DNA of 64,000 bases from positions 6,271-70,270 of the IMG/VR virus record IMGVR_UViG_2706796519_000001; one strand, 5' to 3'. Each line of letters opens with the position of its first letter. The first letter of the stretch is position 1. Shown in pieces: positions 19,901 to 29,133 of the stretch. Source of the stretch: a virus (taxonomy: Duplodnaviria > Caudoviricetes). The notes below the pieces were generated by a model. It had not been told where the DNA came from and did not search any database. It worked only from the letters and a program-made list of their open reading frames with translations. A program made the position numbers and the translations under genes.

Positions 19901-19951
19901 CGGGAAACTGCCGAGCAGGTCGAGAACCGCCTGCTCAAGATGCTGAGCTGA
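13940..19951 (+). CDS. Tape measure protein with a C-terminal NlpC/P60-like peptidoglycan hydrolase motif
   Basis: 2003 aa, Ala/Gly-rich and helical; YDWGA...DCSG...H motif near 17700-17920. Confidence 0.95.
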   Translation: MTSAGNIKLGVEIDASDLSARLGEAVRRAIGPALAEVQRELNKVQREYEQTTRAADKSSTAQTAGAKTVAEAVEKVGEQQTKTAAKTKAAGEVTTRQINAITRALTKQTAAWEANTAARLGNAAAPVGGGPPRGGGGGGPPRGGSRGFGDLFTGQGGGSRFITSPAGINLGALGIGSLPAATTAVMQVVGAVQQLGQAGLALPGIYGAAAASVGTAIIGFKGIGDAVKALNEAAKSGDAKDLEKATEAMKDLDPAAVAVAKTVSGLVRGPLLDLQKATAGRMLKGFDSELQNLADRALPRVGDGIGKIADSWNGTLKSLTGSLGSDRNLGLMDRILGNTANGQSRMNKAIDPLVHAIATLTAGGTDVLPRLADGLAAGAERFDKWITKIDSDGRLNKWINDGITGLHQLAESGLNLVKIVTDITKASGADQGGFLKWLSDATTRLRTLTSSVSGQNAMREFFREGKEQGQQWLPILKNLGEVLIEVYQASKTWSGILLPFLQVTTDLLTSMPGLLHAVLVGFLAWKTIGVFKPILSGLDGIAGGIDKVAAKAGKGGKLGGVRNAIGALGSTRGLAGAGLLAGGTITQLTSDKNDVASQLLGAASTIGGGALTGAAIGSVIPGIGTAIGAGAGAAVGTAIAGINYLLADNKRAQEEAAAATEKLAAANERSHQAMELNAAAIKGVNDALAESGGKIDAAAIAGIGDQINNIPDRLAGAYDENTLKGIASALGDVGMTTEQMAQTITGSQGQFDALTARLNQMGPAGQIAAAQLASIRDNTLGAASNAATAAPLLQQLSDMFGGIAQAGVGVQNAFDAVPKDVPVNISAPGGQAVFDILKQIGAQIDVNRDGEIHLSAPLSQQVLDQLKSLGVQIQQNRDGTINVQISEQQYLDTLSKLGSLGDAYKQLFAGTPALPNVPVTPPPPARAPGLPGLLLPPHGADGMVIPGYAPGHDVVNAVLAPGEGVLIPEAVRGIGGPSGVYALNSKFRRGLSTRYYADGGVEPHLGTGALPGPPPGPETELSVLIQIRDLLGGKGGAAANPIAATASNTATAAKAATNATGGGLGPFGTPLKQRGDPAYEMAAAAISALGGDPEKWIGTDPTLQAATSSVLPGGVPMSMDYSKAMAALQAFARSGDLGDVQGLGLNANDPVITALTSARNKKKGGLSDDEIAGLVGSTLGPTPYAGTLTEQNSSLVKSLQRYREQLMKQAGIDPNTGLARGSASTASTTGVPMTALPTGAMDPISAYAQRFSGGKYDWGASDLASGLSDCSGAVSDLVEIITKGQATSARLFSTADAGSVLSGLGAVSGAVPGALQIGWSAEHMRATLPNGVNFESGGGTGQGATYGGNAKGAAGMPNIMSLPINGVPLGAGYTASMGAGGLPGAATGGATPVYVTNWPGQGQGGLAGLLGGKMAEAGLGAAGGAAANVSGDVLGAIGGLGQESWNKEGASYAALNTLVKEGNPLALAKALGLNVEDFTREGGNAGELTTNDGSGYDASGRLFSDTAGLIDRTFTSLNAQLQAMRDQMVDVIEQTNEKLQESALEPIVKSGVQSALESLKDSVSNAIGTAMGNAAAPPIADAVSSAVASLPVDSSGAGSTGGDLASGITGAAGNLFATGGPVYGGIPGKDSVPALLMPNEHVFTSAEVARMGGHAAVERFRSALMTGGVRHFATGGVRHFATGGGVIGNDTVGAEFFGVSEVPIISTIVNLLVRVLLKVIGVEIEVRDTLNEMTDDFRGFRGDAFKAFDAQGRLLNDTSGLIERSSSSDETAAAERIRILKIVIQAIIKYLIEKVIVPIAKAVANSAIQAGASAAGAAVNTQAPGAGGIVESLISSAGQAGVDIAAEVGTDFALAISETLIDTVSEGLQSTFPDLMTGIFSGGALASIFDPISGILGSILGIFTGLLGGGALGGAATMIPGDSLFPFDQGGMAQGIGYLPKATMDDELVLSPVETDLFSRFVSALERGGFGSGGNKTVHAPITVIGGRETAEQVENRLLKMLS

Positions 19952-19961
19952 GGAGACCCCG

Positions 19962-21395
19962 GTGACGTTTCGCGGCTACTTCGCCCTCAACGGGGTCGAG
20001 ATCGCGAATAGCTCGCGTGTCGCGGCACACCTCGGCGTCGAGGCTCCGACCTCCGACGTGGGCATGTTCGAGGAGGCGGGCGACTGCTCGCTCACGCCGA
20101 TCGAGCCGGGCCGACTGCTCAGCGCCGTCGCCCCGAGCCAGACCCCGATCGGGCCGGGCCGACTGCTCTACACACCGCCGGATGGCACCCGCCTGTACGG
20201 GCCGGGCCTCGGAGTGGTCGGCGATTGCTGGTCGAGCGAGAACATGTGCTTTGGCTGCCGCCTTGAGATCGGCTACGACGACACCTGGCCGGGCCTCAAG
20301 GCTCTGGTCGATGACGGTATCTATCGGCCTGAGCTGGCCCCGTGGTACACGACGCGAGCGCCGGAGTCGGGCGAGTTCGGCGGCATCTGGGTCATGGACG
20401 TGAAGGGTCTCGGGCCGACGCCGGTCAGCCGACCGATCACCGAGATGGCCGGGCCGGGCGGTGTCCCCGGCCCGCACCGCGACACCAGCCGCTCCGTGTC
20501 GTTCGATGCGCTGCTGATCGCGTGCACCTCCGCCGGTCTGCAGTTCGGCCTGCAGTGGCTCGCGTGCCGCCTCCGCGAGACCGTCGACCGCGACGACTCG
20601 ACGCTGCGGTACCTCGCCGCGCACCCCGGCCACAGCGCCGTCGACCCCCAGAGCCTCGTACGCGAGGTCCACGGGGTCGTGCTGACCAAGGAACCGCAGA
20701 TCACGGCAGCGTTCGCGGGCGGATCACGCTCCCACCAGCAGGCGACCGTCTACCGGGTGACGTGGGAACTCGGGGTGAGCCAGCCGTACGCCTACCTTCC
20801 GCAGATCGACCTCGACGTGGCGTGGGATGAGGTCGCGACGCAGCCGATTCAGTGGGTCCACGGCGCGGACTGCGAGCAGCCCGCCGACTGTGCGGCGATG
20901 CCGGTCCTGTTCTCCGACACCTGCACCATCGAGACCATCGACGTCATCACCTCGCCTCCTCCCAACTGCGGCGGATGTCTGCCGGTCGGTCTGCTCGACC
21001 GGCACGTGTACAACGTGCCCGTGTTCGCGGCTCCGTACCGGTGCCGCGAGACGGCGGCGAGCCTGACCATTCGCAACGTCGGTGAGCGGCAACTCACCCT
21101 GCAGGGCCACTGGCGTCTCGCCGAGACCAACCCGGCGTGCGCCAACGAGCAGTTCCCTATTCAGGTCGCCGGTCTCCCGCCCGGCGGAGCGCTGCACCTC
21201 GACGCCGTGAGCGGACGGTACTGGGCGATGTACGGCGGTCGGAAACACCGCCCGTGGGGCATCGTCGGCACCCCGTCCGGCGCGCCGTGGCAGCCACCGA
21301 TCATCGACCGTTCCCATGCCTGGGAATTCATCGTCACCGCGCCCGGCGATGCCGAGTTCGAGGTGGAGATGAGCCTGGCCGATCGTGAGGCCTGA
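19962..21395 (+). CDS. Minor tail protein (distal tail, Dit-like)
   Basis: 477 aa, first gene after the tape measure; GGAG SD. Confidence 0.8.
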   Translation: MTFRGYFALNGVEIANSSRVAAHLGVEAPTSDVGMFEEAGDCSLTPIEPGRLLSAVAPSQTPIGPGRLLYTPPDGTRLYGPGLGVVGDCWSSENMCFGCRLEIGYDDTWPGLKALVDDGIYRPELAPWYTTRAPESGEFGGIWVMDVKGLGPTPVSRPITEMAGPGGVPGPHRDTSRSVSFDALLIACTSAGLQFGLQWLACRLRETVDRDDSTLRYLAAHPGHSAVDPQSLVREVHGVVLTKEPQITAAFAGGSRSHQQATVYRVTWELGVSQPYAYLPQIDLDVAWDEVATQPIQWVHGADCEQPADCAAMPVLFSDTCTIETIDVITSPPPNCGGCLPVGLLDRHVYNVPVFAAPYRCRETAASLTIRNVGERQLTLQGHWRLAETNPACANEQFPIQVAGLPPGGALHLDAVSGRYWAMYGGRKHRPWGIVGTPSGAPWQPPIIDRSHAWEFIVTAPGDAEFEVEMSLADREA

Positions 21396-21396
21396 C

Positions 21397-22485
21397 ATGG
21401 CCGACGACCAGCACCGCGTCATCACCGACAATCAGATCGTCGCCCTGCAGACCAAGGGCGGCGCAACGCTGTACGAGTTCCGCGCGAGCGACCAGGAGAC
21501 GTTCAACTGGTCGCGCGAGTCGACCAACGTCTCGACGTTCGACCTGACCGCTCCGCCGATCGGCGACCCCGATCGGGTGCCCGCGATTCAGCCGTGGCTT
21601 CACTGGGTGACCGTGTGGGACGGCGACCGCGACGCGCTGCTGTGGAAGGGTCCGGTGTACAAGTCGGTCGCCAACAAGCGCGGCGTCCAGATCAGCGCCC
21701 GAGACACCAACGTCTACCTCAGCCGGACCCGCACGCCAATCACGAAGCGGTGGGATGCTGCGGACCCGTCGTGGGTCGCGGGCGAGCTGTGGCGACCGAT
21801 GGCAGAGCGGCAAGGCCTCGACCTCAACCCGATCATCCTCACCGACCCCGAGGGCGACCGGTACGACTTCCACTGCGTCGCCGACGAACAGATGCTCGAC
21901 CAGACGGTCAAGGAACTCGTCAACCTCGGTCTGACCTACACGTGCGTGTCCGGCGCGCCGATCCTCGGCCCGGCTCCGCGCAACGCCATCGCGATGCTCG
22001 GTGAGTCCGACTTCATCGGCGACGGCATCAGCATCATCCGCGACGGCTCGCAGGTGTTCAACGACGTGCTGGTGAGGGTGCCGGGCGATGAGGTGCGCGA
22101 TCGCGTCCCGCTGGCCGGAGCGAACCTTGAGACCATCGTCAACCTCGACAACATCAGCGACGTCTCCAACGTCGCTCGCGCGGCTCGCCAGTATCTCCGG
22201 CAGACCTCTCAAGTGCGGGCCGATCTCGACCTGCCGAGCGGGACCGTGCTGCACCCGAGCGCGCCGGTCTCGATTGACGAGTTGATCCCGAGCACGCGGT
22301 ATTGGATCACGGCTCAGGGCGTGCAGCAGGAGATGCGACTTGAGTCGGTCACCGTCGACCGGGCGGCGGGGTCCGCTACCGTCAAAGTCACTATGACGCA
22401 GGTGGTGGACGTTCCCGAGCTAACCGACACCGAAGGCACCAACCGGACCCTCGGAGGGCAATTGCTACCAGGACAGACCTCATGA
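21397..22485 (+). CDS. Minor tail protein (baseplate hub-like)
   Basis: Second gene after the tape measure; call from synteny. Confidence 0.75.
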   Translation: MADDQHRVITDNQIVALQTKGGATLYEFRASDQETFNWSRESTNVSTFDLTAPPIGDPDRVPAIQPWLHWVTVWDGDRDALLWKGPVYKSVANKRGVQISARDTNVYLSRTRTPITKRWDAADPSWVAGELWRPMAERQGLDLNPIILTDPEGDRYDFHCVADEQMLDQTVKELVNLGLTYTCVSGAPILGPAPRNAIAMLGESDFIGDGISIIRDGSQVFNDVLVRVPGDEVRDRVPLAGANLETIVNLDNISDVSNVARAARQYLRQTSQVRADLDLPSGTVLHPSAPVSIDELIPSTRYWITAQGVQQEMRLESVTVDRAAGSATVKVTMTQVVDVPELTDTEGTNRTLGGQLLPGQTS

Positions 22486-24749
22486 GCGTGATCGCGCCGG
22501 GCCGGGCTCCGCGCACCGACGCCGAATGGTCGGTCGAGGTGAATGACCGGCTGCGCGCTTTGGAGAACGCGCGCACCGTCCGCGTCGGACCGTGGACTCT
22601 CTCGACCGATCCGGTGAGCGGAGCTTTGCGGGCGATGCGCCCCGGCCAGACGGTGCTGATCGACGGCGAGGGCGCAACCGAGATCGCCCCGGCCAAGGTC
22701 GACCTGACGGGCCTGGTGACGACCGACCAGCTGAACACCGCGCTCGACGGCATCGACGGCGGTGGGTCGATAGACCTCGAATCGGTATGGTCGGCGCTCT
22801 ACACACAGCTCACCGGCATCCTCAACCCGGTCAACGCGCTGACCGCGCTCGCCAATTTCTTCAAGCTCGAACTCGGCGCGCCGATCACCTCCAACCGGCT
22901 GCCGCTCATCCCCCTGAGTCACATCCGCCCCGTCAACCCCAACCTGCTCATCGACGGGTCGTTCGATGATGAGGCCTCGCTGCTCGGGTTCCCTGACTGG
23001 GACTACGACGAAGCCGACGGTCGCGACCGGCCAGGCTGCGCGTACACGATGGCCGACGGGTTCACGCACGTCATCCACTCCAACGCCATCGAGGTCGAAG
23101 CAGACGACCGGTTTGATTTCGAGGTCTACGCGAAGTGGATCGGCCTAACCGTGAGCGCGGCGACGCCGATCCAACTCGCCATTTCGAGCTACCGGGATGA
23201 CGACGTGCTGATCAACGGGGCACCCGCCGTCATCGCCTCCGCCGGAGCGGCGGGCGACAGTGCCGGATGGACGACACGGCTGCACGTCGAGGAGTGGGCA
23301 CCGCCGGAGGATGCGGCGTACATCGTGGTCGAACTGACGGTGACGTCGGGTGCGACCGGCGGCGGGGTGAAGTTCGATGACGCGGCGGCGCGCAAGACGG
23401 GTACCCTGCCACAGTCGTACGTTTCGGGCCTGGTCGCTGCGATCAGTTCGATCTGGTCCGGTATCCAGGCGCGGATTGACGACTTCACCGACCTGCTCGA
23501 CGCGATCGGCGGGTTCGTCGTCGGCTCCGGCGACGGCCAGCTCACCGACATCGTGACCCGGCTGCAGGCTCTCAACCCGCTGACCGGCGTGTTCGACGCG
23601 TCCAAGCTCGGCAACATCAGCAACATCCCGATGATTGCCAAGGAACGCATCACGGGACTGGTCGATGCTCTTGAGGAGGGCGGGCAGGCGCTCCGCGACG
23701 CGATCGTTCAGGCGCTCACCGGCTCCGTACCGCCCGGCGGAGCGACGAACGACAACGTGATCTCGGCGCTGCTCGCCATCCCGGCCTCGGCAGTCCAGTC
23801 GGCCATCGACGGCGCGTCCAACATTGACGACGCGATTCAGCAGGCAATTGACTCGGTGATCGCGGGCGCGGGCAACCTGGTCGGCAACGGGTTCGGGTTC
23901 GCCGACATGATCAATCAGCTCGCCGGTCTCCGTAACTCGACCGCCGGAGCCAACGCGGCGGTCACCAACCTGCAGGCTCAGGTCGCCGGTCTCGACCCGG
24001 CGGCGTCGTCGGAGGTCGTCAACTTCGGCGAGTTCGTGGACGGGGCATCTCCCCCGTCGATGTTCACGAAGGTCAACGACATCGGCTCCGGCTCGCTCAT
24101 CACCTCTGGCGGGCAGCTGGCGTGGTCGGGTAGCTCCGCCGGGCGCGAGCTATATCTGTTCAACGGCGGTCCGCTGCAGACCGACCTGTTCGAGGTGACG
24201 TTCGTCCTCCCGTCCGTACCGTCGCACGGGTGGTTCGGCACGGACGGCGCGAACTATGTGTATCTGATCGGGCGCTCCGACGCGACGGGCACAAACATGG
24301 TGCTGTGCCGTCTCGCGTGGGATGAGGCGCGGTTCTACAGCTTTAACGCGGGCGTATTCACACAAATGGGTCCGACCCTTTCGGAAAGCGATATTTTGAC
24401 CGGCGGCTGCGCCGTGAGTTTCAAAGGCGGGACCGTCGCCGAGCCGCGCTATTTCGAGGCGCGGATCAACGGCACAAAAGTGCTCAGCACAACCGACTCC
24501 GCCCCGGTGTCTCTGTTCGGCGCAAATTACCGGCTGTGCGGTCTCGGCGTCGAGAAGGGCAGCAGCTTCGACACGGGCAAGATTTCTACCTGGTCGATGT
24601 ATGACGGCGGTTCATCGTCCGGCTCCGGCGTCGTCGCGGGATACACCGCTGCCGGTCTGACCAACTTGAATATCTGGAAGGGCACAAAGGCGGAATACGA
24701 CGCGATTGTTTCCAAGAACAACAACACGATCTATGTGGTGAAGAACTGA
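22482..24749 (+). CDS. Minor tail protein, large, with a carbohydrate-binding-like domain
   Basis: 755 aa; NPNLLIDGSFDD CBM-like segment; C-terminal WKGTKAEYDAIVSKNNNTIYVV adaptor motif. Confidence 0.8.
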   Translation: MSVIAPGRAPRTDAEWSVEVNDRLRALENARTVRVGPWTLSTDPVSGALRAMRPGQTVLIDGEGATEIAPAKVDLTGLVTTDQLNTALDGIDGGGSIDLESVWSALYTQLTGILNPVNALTALANFFKLELGAPITSNRLPLIPLSHIRPVNPNLLIDGSFDDEASLLGFPDWDYDEADGRDRPGCAYTMADGFTHVIHSNAIEVEADDRFDFEVYAKWIGLTVSAATPIQLAISSYRDDDVLINGAPAVIASAGAAGDSAGWTTRLHVEEWAPPEDAAYIVVELTVTSGATGGGVKFDDAAARKTGTLPQSYVSGLVAAISSIWSGIQARIDDFTDLLDAIGGFVVGSGDGQLTDIVTRLQALNPLTGVFDASKLGNISNIPMIAKERITGLVDALEEGGQALRDAIVQALTGSVPPGGATNDNVISALLAIPASAVQSAIDGASNIDDAIQQAIDSVIAGAGNLVGNGFGFADMINQLAGLRNSTAGANAAVTNLQAQVAGLDPAASSEVVNFGEFVDGASPPSMFTKVNDIGSGSLITSGGQLAWSGSSAGRELYLFNGGPLQTDLFEVTFVLPSVPSHGWFGTDGANYVYLIGRSDATGTNMVLCRLAWDEARFYSFNAGVFTQMGPTLSESDILTGGCAVSFKGGTVAEPRYFEARINGTKVLSTTDSAPVSLFGANYRLCGLGVEKGSSFDTGKISTWSMYDGGSSSGSGVVAGYTAAGLTNLNIWKGTKAEYDAIVSKNNNTIYVVKN

Positions 24750-24750
24750 G

Positions 24751-26127
24751 ATGCCGGTCTATATCGGAGATCAGCCGATTGACGATATTCTCGGCATCAC
24801 CGACGCCGATGATTATGACGCGGTGTATCTCGGTTCCGATCAGGTGTGGCCTCCGATCGAGTTCCCCTATATCGTCATCGACTCGAACATCACCGACGCC
24901 GAGGTGCCCGAGGGTACGACGGGATGCTGGGTGTCGCTGCACGGCGGCGGCGAGGCAGGCGGCAAGGGCGGGCATGAGGACGGCACGACCGCGACCGGTT
25001 CGGCGTCGGGTGGCGCGCGCGGGGCGGGCGGCGCGGTCGTGGATAGGTTCTTCATATACGCCGAGGATTTGCCGAGCACCCTCTGGTCGCTGATCAAAGG
25101 CAACGGCGGCGCATCCAACGGTATCGACGGCACGGCCTCGCGGTTCCTCTGCGGCAGCGTCGACATCCTCGCCGGGGGCGGAGCAGCCCAAGTCGGCGGC
25201 ACCGCCTCGGTCACAGGCCTGCCGACCGACTACTACGCGCCCAAGCTCTACAACGGGGCCAGCAGCGGCAACGCCACCGGGGCCGGGGCGGCGGGCGGTT
25301 CCGGCGGCGGGTCGTCGTGGACCGGCGACAACACCCCCAACCCGAGCAACGGGTCCAGCGGCGGCACCTCGACTCCGGCCACCGACCAGTATTGGCCCGC
25401 CGGAGACGGCGGCGACGGCGGTAACGGTCACGGCTCCGGTGCCGGGCATCACTACGCCTCCGGCGGAGGAGGCGGGGGCGGCGGCGGAGCCTACGACGGT
25501 TTGAACGGGTCGAACGGCACACAGAACGCGGGCGGCAACGGTGGGCGCGGCGGTGATGGTCGCGTCGAGGTCGAATGGGTCAACACTCATGTGCCTCGCG
25601 ATCGGACGTGGCAGTTCGGGGCCGGGGCATGGTCGTGGACATGCCCGGCTTGGGCGCAGACCGGCTGGAAAGTCGACATCATCGAATGGGCCGGAGGCAA
25701 GGCGGGCGCGAACGGCGGCTCGACCTCGGCGGGTAACGGCGGTCTCGCCGGGGCGACCAACTCGCAGACCCTCACCCTCGGTACCGACATCGCGCTGGGC
25801 TCGACGCTCAGCGGCAACGTCGGCACGGGCGGAGCGTCCAACGGGGCCAACGGCGGCAACACGACCTGCACACAGCTCGGACACAACGTGCTCGGCGCGA
25901 CCGGCAACACCGGGGCGCAGGACGGCCAGGCTTCCAGTCCGATCACGATCGGCGGCAAGACGTACCCCGGCGGTCCCGGCGGCACGTCCGGCACCAGTTC
26001 CTCGGCGGGGCAGGACGGCTCCGCGCCGGGCGGCGGCGGCGAGGGCGGCGGCTCGCTGTTCTTTGTCGGCCTGGCAGGCGGCAAGGGCGGCGACGGTCGC
26101 GTCATCATCCGGCTTCGGGAGGTCTGA
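24751..26127 (+). CDS. Glycine-rich minor tail protein
   Basis: 458 aa, two Gly-rich domains; N-terminal YxG...VW motif. Confidence 0.8.
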   Translation: MPVYIGDQPIDDILGITDADDYDAVYLGSDQVWPPIEFPYIVIDSNITDAEVPEGTTGCWVSLHGGGEAGGKGGHEDGTTATGSASGGARGAGGAVVDRFFIYAEDLPSTLWSLIKGNGGASNGIDGTASRFLCGSVDILAGGGAAQVGGTASVTGLPTDYYAPKLYNGASSGNATGAGAAGGSGGGSSWTGDNTPNPSNGSSGGTSTPATDQYWPAGDGGDGGNGHGSGAGHHYASGGGGGGGGGAYDGLNGSNGTQNAGGNGGRGGDGRVEVEWVNTHVPRDRTWQFGAGAWSWTCPAWAQTGWKVDIIEWAGGKAGANGGSTSAGNGGLAGATNSQTLTLGTDIALGSTLSGNVGTGGASNGANGGNTTCTQLGHNVLGATGNTGAQDGQASSPITIGGKTYPGGPGGTSGTSSSAGQDGSAPGGGGEGGGSLFFVGLAGGKGGDGRVIIRLREV

Positions 26128-27632
26128 TGGCCGGATGGTTCCAGTTGCCGCCGGGCCTGGCCGGTGTGCAGATACCCGGCTGGTTCCAGGACACGCCCGA
26201 GCCGGGCACCCCGACGCCGATGGTCGGCTGGTGGGCCGTGCTCGGTATCGACGGCGCGCTCAGCATCCACCAGGTCTCGCACGTCGAACTGGCAACGCTG
26301 TCCGGCCTCGGCGTCGTGCTCGACGTCGCCGTGACCCGCAGCGTCGCCCTGCAGAAGCTCGCCAAGATCGCCGTCGAGCAGACCCTCAGCGTCATCAGCA
26401 CGGTCCAGCTGGGCACGCTCGGAGGCCTCGACCTCGCGCAGCAGATCACGCTCGCCCGCGCTATCGCCCTGGCTCGAATCGCTCCGCTCGACGCGGCGCT
26501 GAACGTCGCCGTCACGTCGCAGGTCGAGATCGCGCACACGAAGGCCTTCGCCCTGCAGACGACGTTTCTAGCCGGGCGCGAGGTCGACCTGACCAAGATC
26601 GGCACGCTCGACGTCTCCCGCGAGATCACCGTGGGCCGGTCGACTGAGCTGATCGCGATGCGGTGGTTCGACCTCGCGACCGAGGTGGTCTGGTCGAACC
26701 CGCTGGCGCTGCAGAAGATCGCCCGACTCGACCTGACGCAGACCGTCACGGTGAACCGGGCGCTCGACCTCATGCGCGTTGCGGACATGCCGCTGACGGC
26801 GGCAACCCTCAACCTCAACTCGACGGTGAGCCTCGACAAGGTACGGACGGTCGACGCGACGCTGAACCTCGCGCTGTCCGGCGTCGTCGCGCTCGATCGC
26901 GTTGGGCCGCTGAGCGTGTCGTCGCAGTGGAGCCTCGCCGCGATGACCGGTCTGACGAAGGTCGCTCAGCTCGGAGTGAGCCAGTCGCTGTCTCTGCTCG
27001 GGTCCGCTGCCCTCGCCAAGCGGTTCGATGAGGCCTACATTGCAGCCGTCTCGCTTGCCGCAGGAGCGACGATGGCGTTCCCGCCGACCGGTCTACCCGT
27101 GCAAGCCGATCGGACGACGACCGGGGCATATACGTACGTGTTCCCGCGCAACTGCGAGATCATCGACCGCATCGTGCTCGGCGGCGGCGGAGGCGGCAAA
27201 GGTCTCGGCATCTGCTGCACGTGGGGCAACGGCGGAGCGGGCGGCGGGTATGACTCCGACACGATCACGCGCGGGCCGGGCGGCATCGCGTATTCGGTGC
27301 TGCAGTGCTCCGGCACGATCGGGACCGGTGGTTCTGCCGGATCATCGTCCGGCGGCAACGGCGGCAATGGCACAGCCACGACGTCGGTCTGCGCGGGCGC
27401 GGTGACGCTGACCGGAGCAGCCGGAGCCGGGGCAACATCGGCGGCGCTCGACTTCACCGGCAAGTCGCCCGGCAACCGAACCCAAGGCAGCCTGACGATG
27501 ACGGGCGGCGGCGAGGTGCAGAACAGTCAGGCCGGAGCCGCGCCGGGCGGCGGAGGCGGCGGCGGAATCTCGACGTTCGCGGCGGGCGGCGCGGGCGCTC
27601 GCGGCCAGGCCTCGTACATGGCTCGCCAGTAA
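26127..27632 (+). CDS. Minor tail protein with degenerate beta-repeats of about 21 aa and a Gly-rich C-terminus
   Basis: 501 aa; repeated L-x-K/R-I/V-x-x-L-D pattern. Confidence 0.75.
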   Translation: MAGWFQLPPGLAGVQIPGWFQDTPEPGTPTPMVGWWAVLGIDGALSIHQVSHVELATLSGLGVVLDVAVTRSVALQKLAKIAVEQTLSVISTVQLGTLGGLDLAQQITLARAIALARIAPLDAALNVAVTSQVEIAHTKAFALQTTFLAGREVDLTKIGTLDVSREITVGRSTELIAMRWFDLATEVVWSNPLALQKIARLDLTQTVTVNRALDLMRVADMPLTAATLNLNSTVSLDKVRTVDATLNLALSGVVALDRVGPLSVSSQWSLAAMTGLTKVAQLGVSQSLSLLGSAALAKRFDEAYIAAVSLAAGATMAFPPTGLPVQADRTTTGAYTYVFPRNCEIIDRIVLGGGGGGKGLGICCTWGNGGAGGGYDSDTITRGPGGIAYSVLQCSGTIGTGGSAGSSSGGNGGNGTATTSVCAGAVTLTGAAGAGATSAALDFTGKSPGNRTQGSLTMTGGGEVQNSQAGAAPGGGGGGGISTFAAGGAGARGQASYMARQ

Positions 27633-27661
27633 CATCACCCCCAGATGAGAGGATCAACGTC

Positions 27662-28051
27662 ATGGCCCAGGTAGGCATCACCGCGTATCTCGCGAACAAA
27701 TTGCTCGATCACGTGGGCCGCAACGTCGCCTACACTCCGCCCGCGATCGTCTACGCCAAGGCGCACACCGGCATCCCCGGCGCGGCGGGTACCCTCGCCG
27801 CCTCCGCGCAGGCCACCCGTCTTGCCCTCTCGTTTGCCGCAGCGGCGTCCGGCAGCATGTCAGCCAACACAACCCCCGAGTGGACCCTCAACGCGACCGA
27901 GACGATCAGCCACGTGTCGTTCTGGGACAGCCCGACGGCGGGCAACTGCCTCTGGACCGCAGCGGCCTCGGTGTCCAAGGGCGGTGTCTCCGGCGACATC
28001 ATTCGCATCGCGACCGATACGCTGACATTCAGCCCGATCGCGGCAGACTAG
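27662..28051 (+). CDS. Minor tail protein
   Basis: YLANKLLDH...HTGIPG...W motif common in actinophage tail clusters; GAGG SD. Confidence 0.7.
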   Translation: MAQVGITAYLANKLLDHVGRNVAYTPPAIVYAKAHTGIPGAAGTLAASAQATRLALSFAAAASGSMSANTTPEWTLNATETISHVSFWDSPTAGNCLWTAAASVSKGGVSGDIIRIATDTLTFSPIAAD

Positions 28052-28059
28052 GAGACCTG

Positions 28060-28494
28060 ATGAGCACCCCGACCCCGCAGGGCACCAACTACGAGTGGGC
28101 TGTGATCTGGCAGGTAGCGACGCTGCCCGACGACGGCACCGTGCCCGACCCGCCGGAGCGTCCGGCCCGGCCCGAGCTACCGCTGCCGACGTACGACCCG
28201 ACGACCGGCAACCCGATTCCGCCGGAACTGACGCCGCTGCAGCAACAGCTGCAGGACCAGTACGTCGCCGACTTGGAGGCCTACGACGACGCGGTGGCGG
28301 CGCGCGAGGAGGTCGTGGACACCGTGCTCGCCGACCCGGCCAACTGGCAGTCCGCGCTCACCGTCCTGCCCGGCGGCGAGGTCGATGCCCGCGCTGCGCT
28401 CAAGACTCTGGTCGAGGCTAACCGGGACAACAAGTACGCGAAGGATTTCGAGTTGGCGACCGCTCCGGCCCGCATCTGGACCGCGACCACTTAA
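28060..28494 (+). CDS. Tail-region hypothetical protein
   Basis: GGAG SD; 144 aa, Pro-rich. Confidence 0.65.
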   Translation: MSTPTPQGTNYEWAVIWQVATLPDDGTVPDPPERPARPELPLPTYDPTTGNPIPPELTPLQQQLQDQYVADLEAYDDAVAAREEVVDTVLADPANWQSALTVLPGGEVDARAALKTLVEANRDNKYAKDFELATAPARIWTATT

Positions 28495-28503
28495 GCTGAG
28501 CGC

Positions 28504-29133
28504 GTGACCACGCCCACTGTTTGCGTCGCCGAGCACCTGCTGGTCACCGACGCGGGAGAACTCAACCTCGCCCCGTGGTCGGTGCCTCGCAATGTGCTCG
28601 ATGAGATCGCTCAGAGCAGCGGTGACACGACGAAGCTGCTCGCGACCGAGAGCTTGGAGACGGCGCGGCTGCTGATCAACTGGTCGGGCAGTTGGCTCAA
28701 CGACACGCCGGTCGACCACATGGTTCGAGTACAGGTGACGCGCCGTTTCCGACGGTGGGTCACCTCGAACCCGAACGCGGTGCAGTTCCGCGATCGGTGG
28801 TCGAGCGCGATCGACACCGACCCCGAGGTGCCGGTGGTCTCGGGCATCTTCAACTCCCAGACCGGCTCCGCCGGGGACATCGGCACCAACACCGTCGCCG
28901 AGCCCAACCCCGGCAAGTTCTGGCACTGGTGGGGCACCAACACCTCCGACGAGTGGCTGGGACCGGTCGAGCCCGGCCAGCGGTTCAACCTCGCCTACCG
29001 GGCGTACGTGTGGACTCCGCCTCCGTTCTCCAACAACGCCAACAAGAACGCTCCCAGCCATGAGGCGGAGACCGGCTACGCCCGCATCGCGGTCCACGCG
29101 ATGCCCGAGCCGAGCAAGCAGGTGATCGGATGA
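28504..29133 (+). CDS. Minor tail protein
   Basis: 209 aa, Trp-rich beta protein; TAAGCT -10 lies 6 nt upstream. Confidence 0.65.
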   Translation: MTTPTVCVAEHLLVTDAGELNLAPWSVPRNVLDEIAQSSGDTTKLLATESLETARLLINWSGSWLNDTPVDHMVRVQVTRRFRRWVTSNPNAVQFRDRWSSAIDTDPEVPVVSGIFNSQTGSAGDIGTNTVAEPNPGKFWHWWGTNTSDEWLGPVEPGQRFNLAYRAYVWTPPPFSNNANKNAPSHEAETGYARIAVHAMPEPSKQVIG

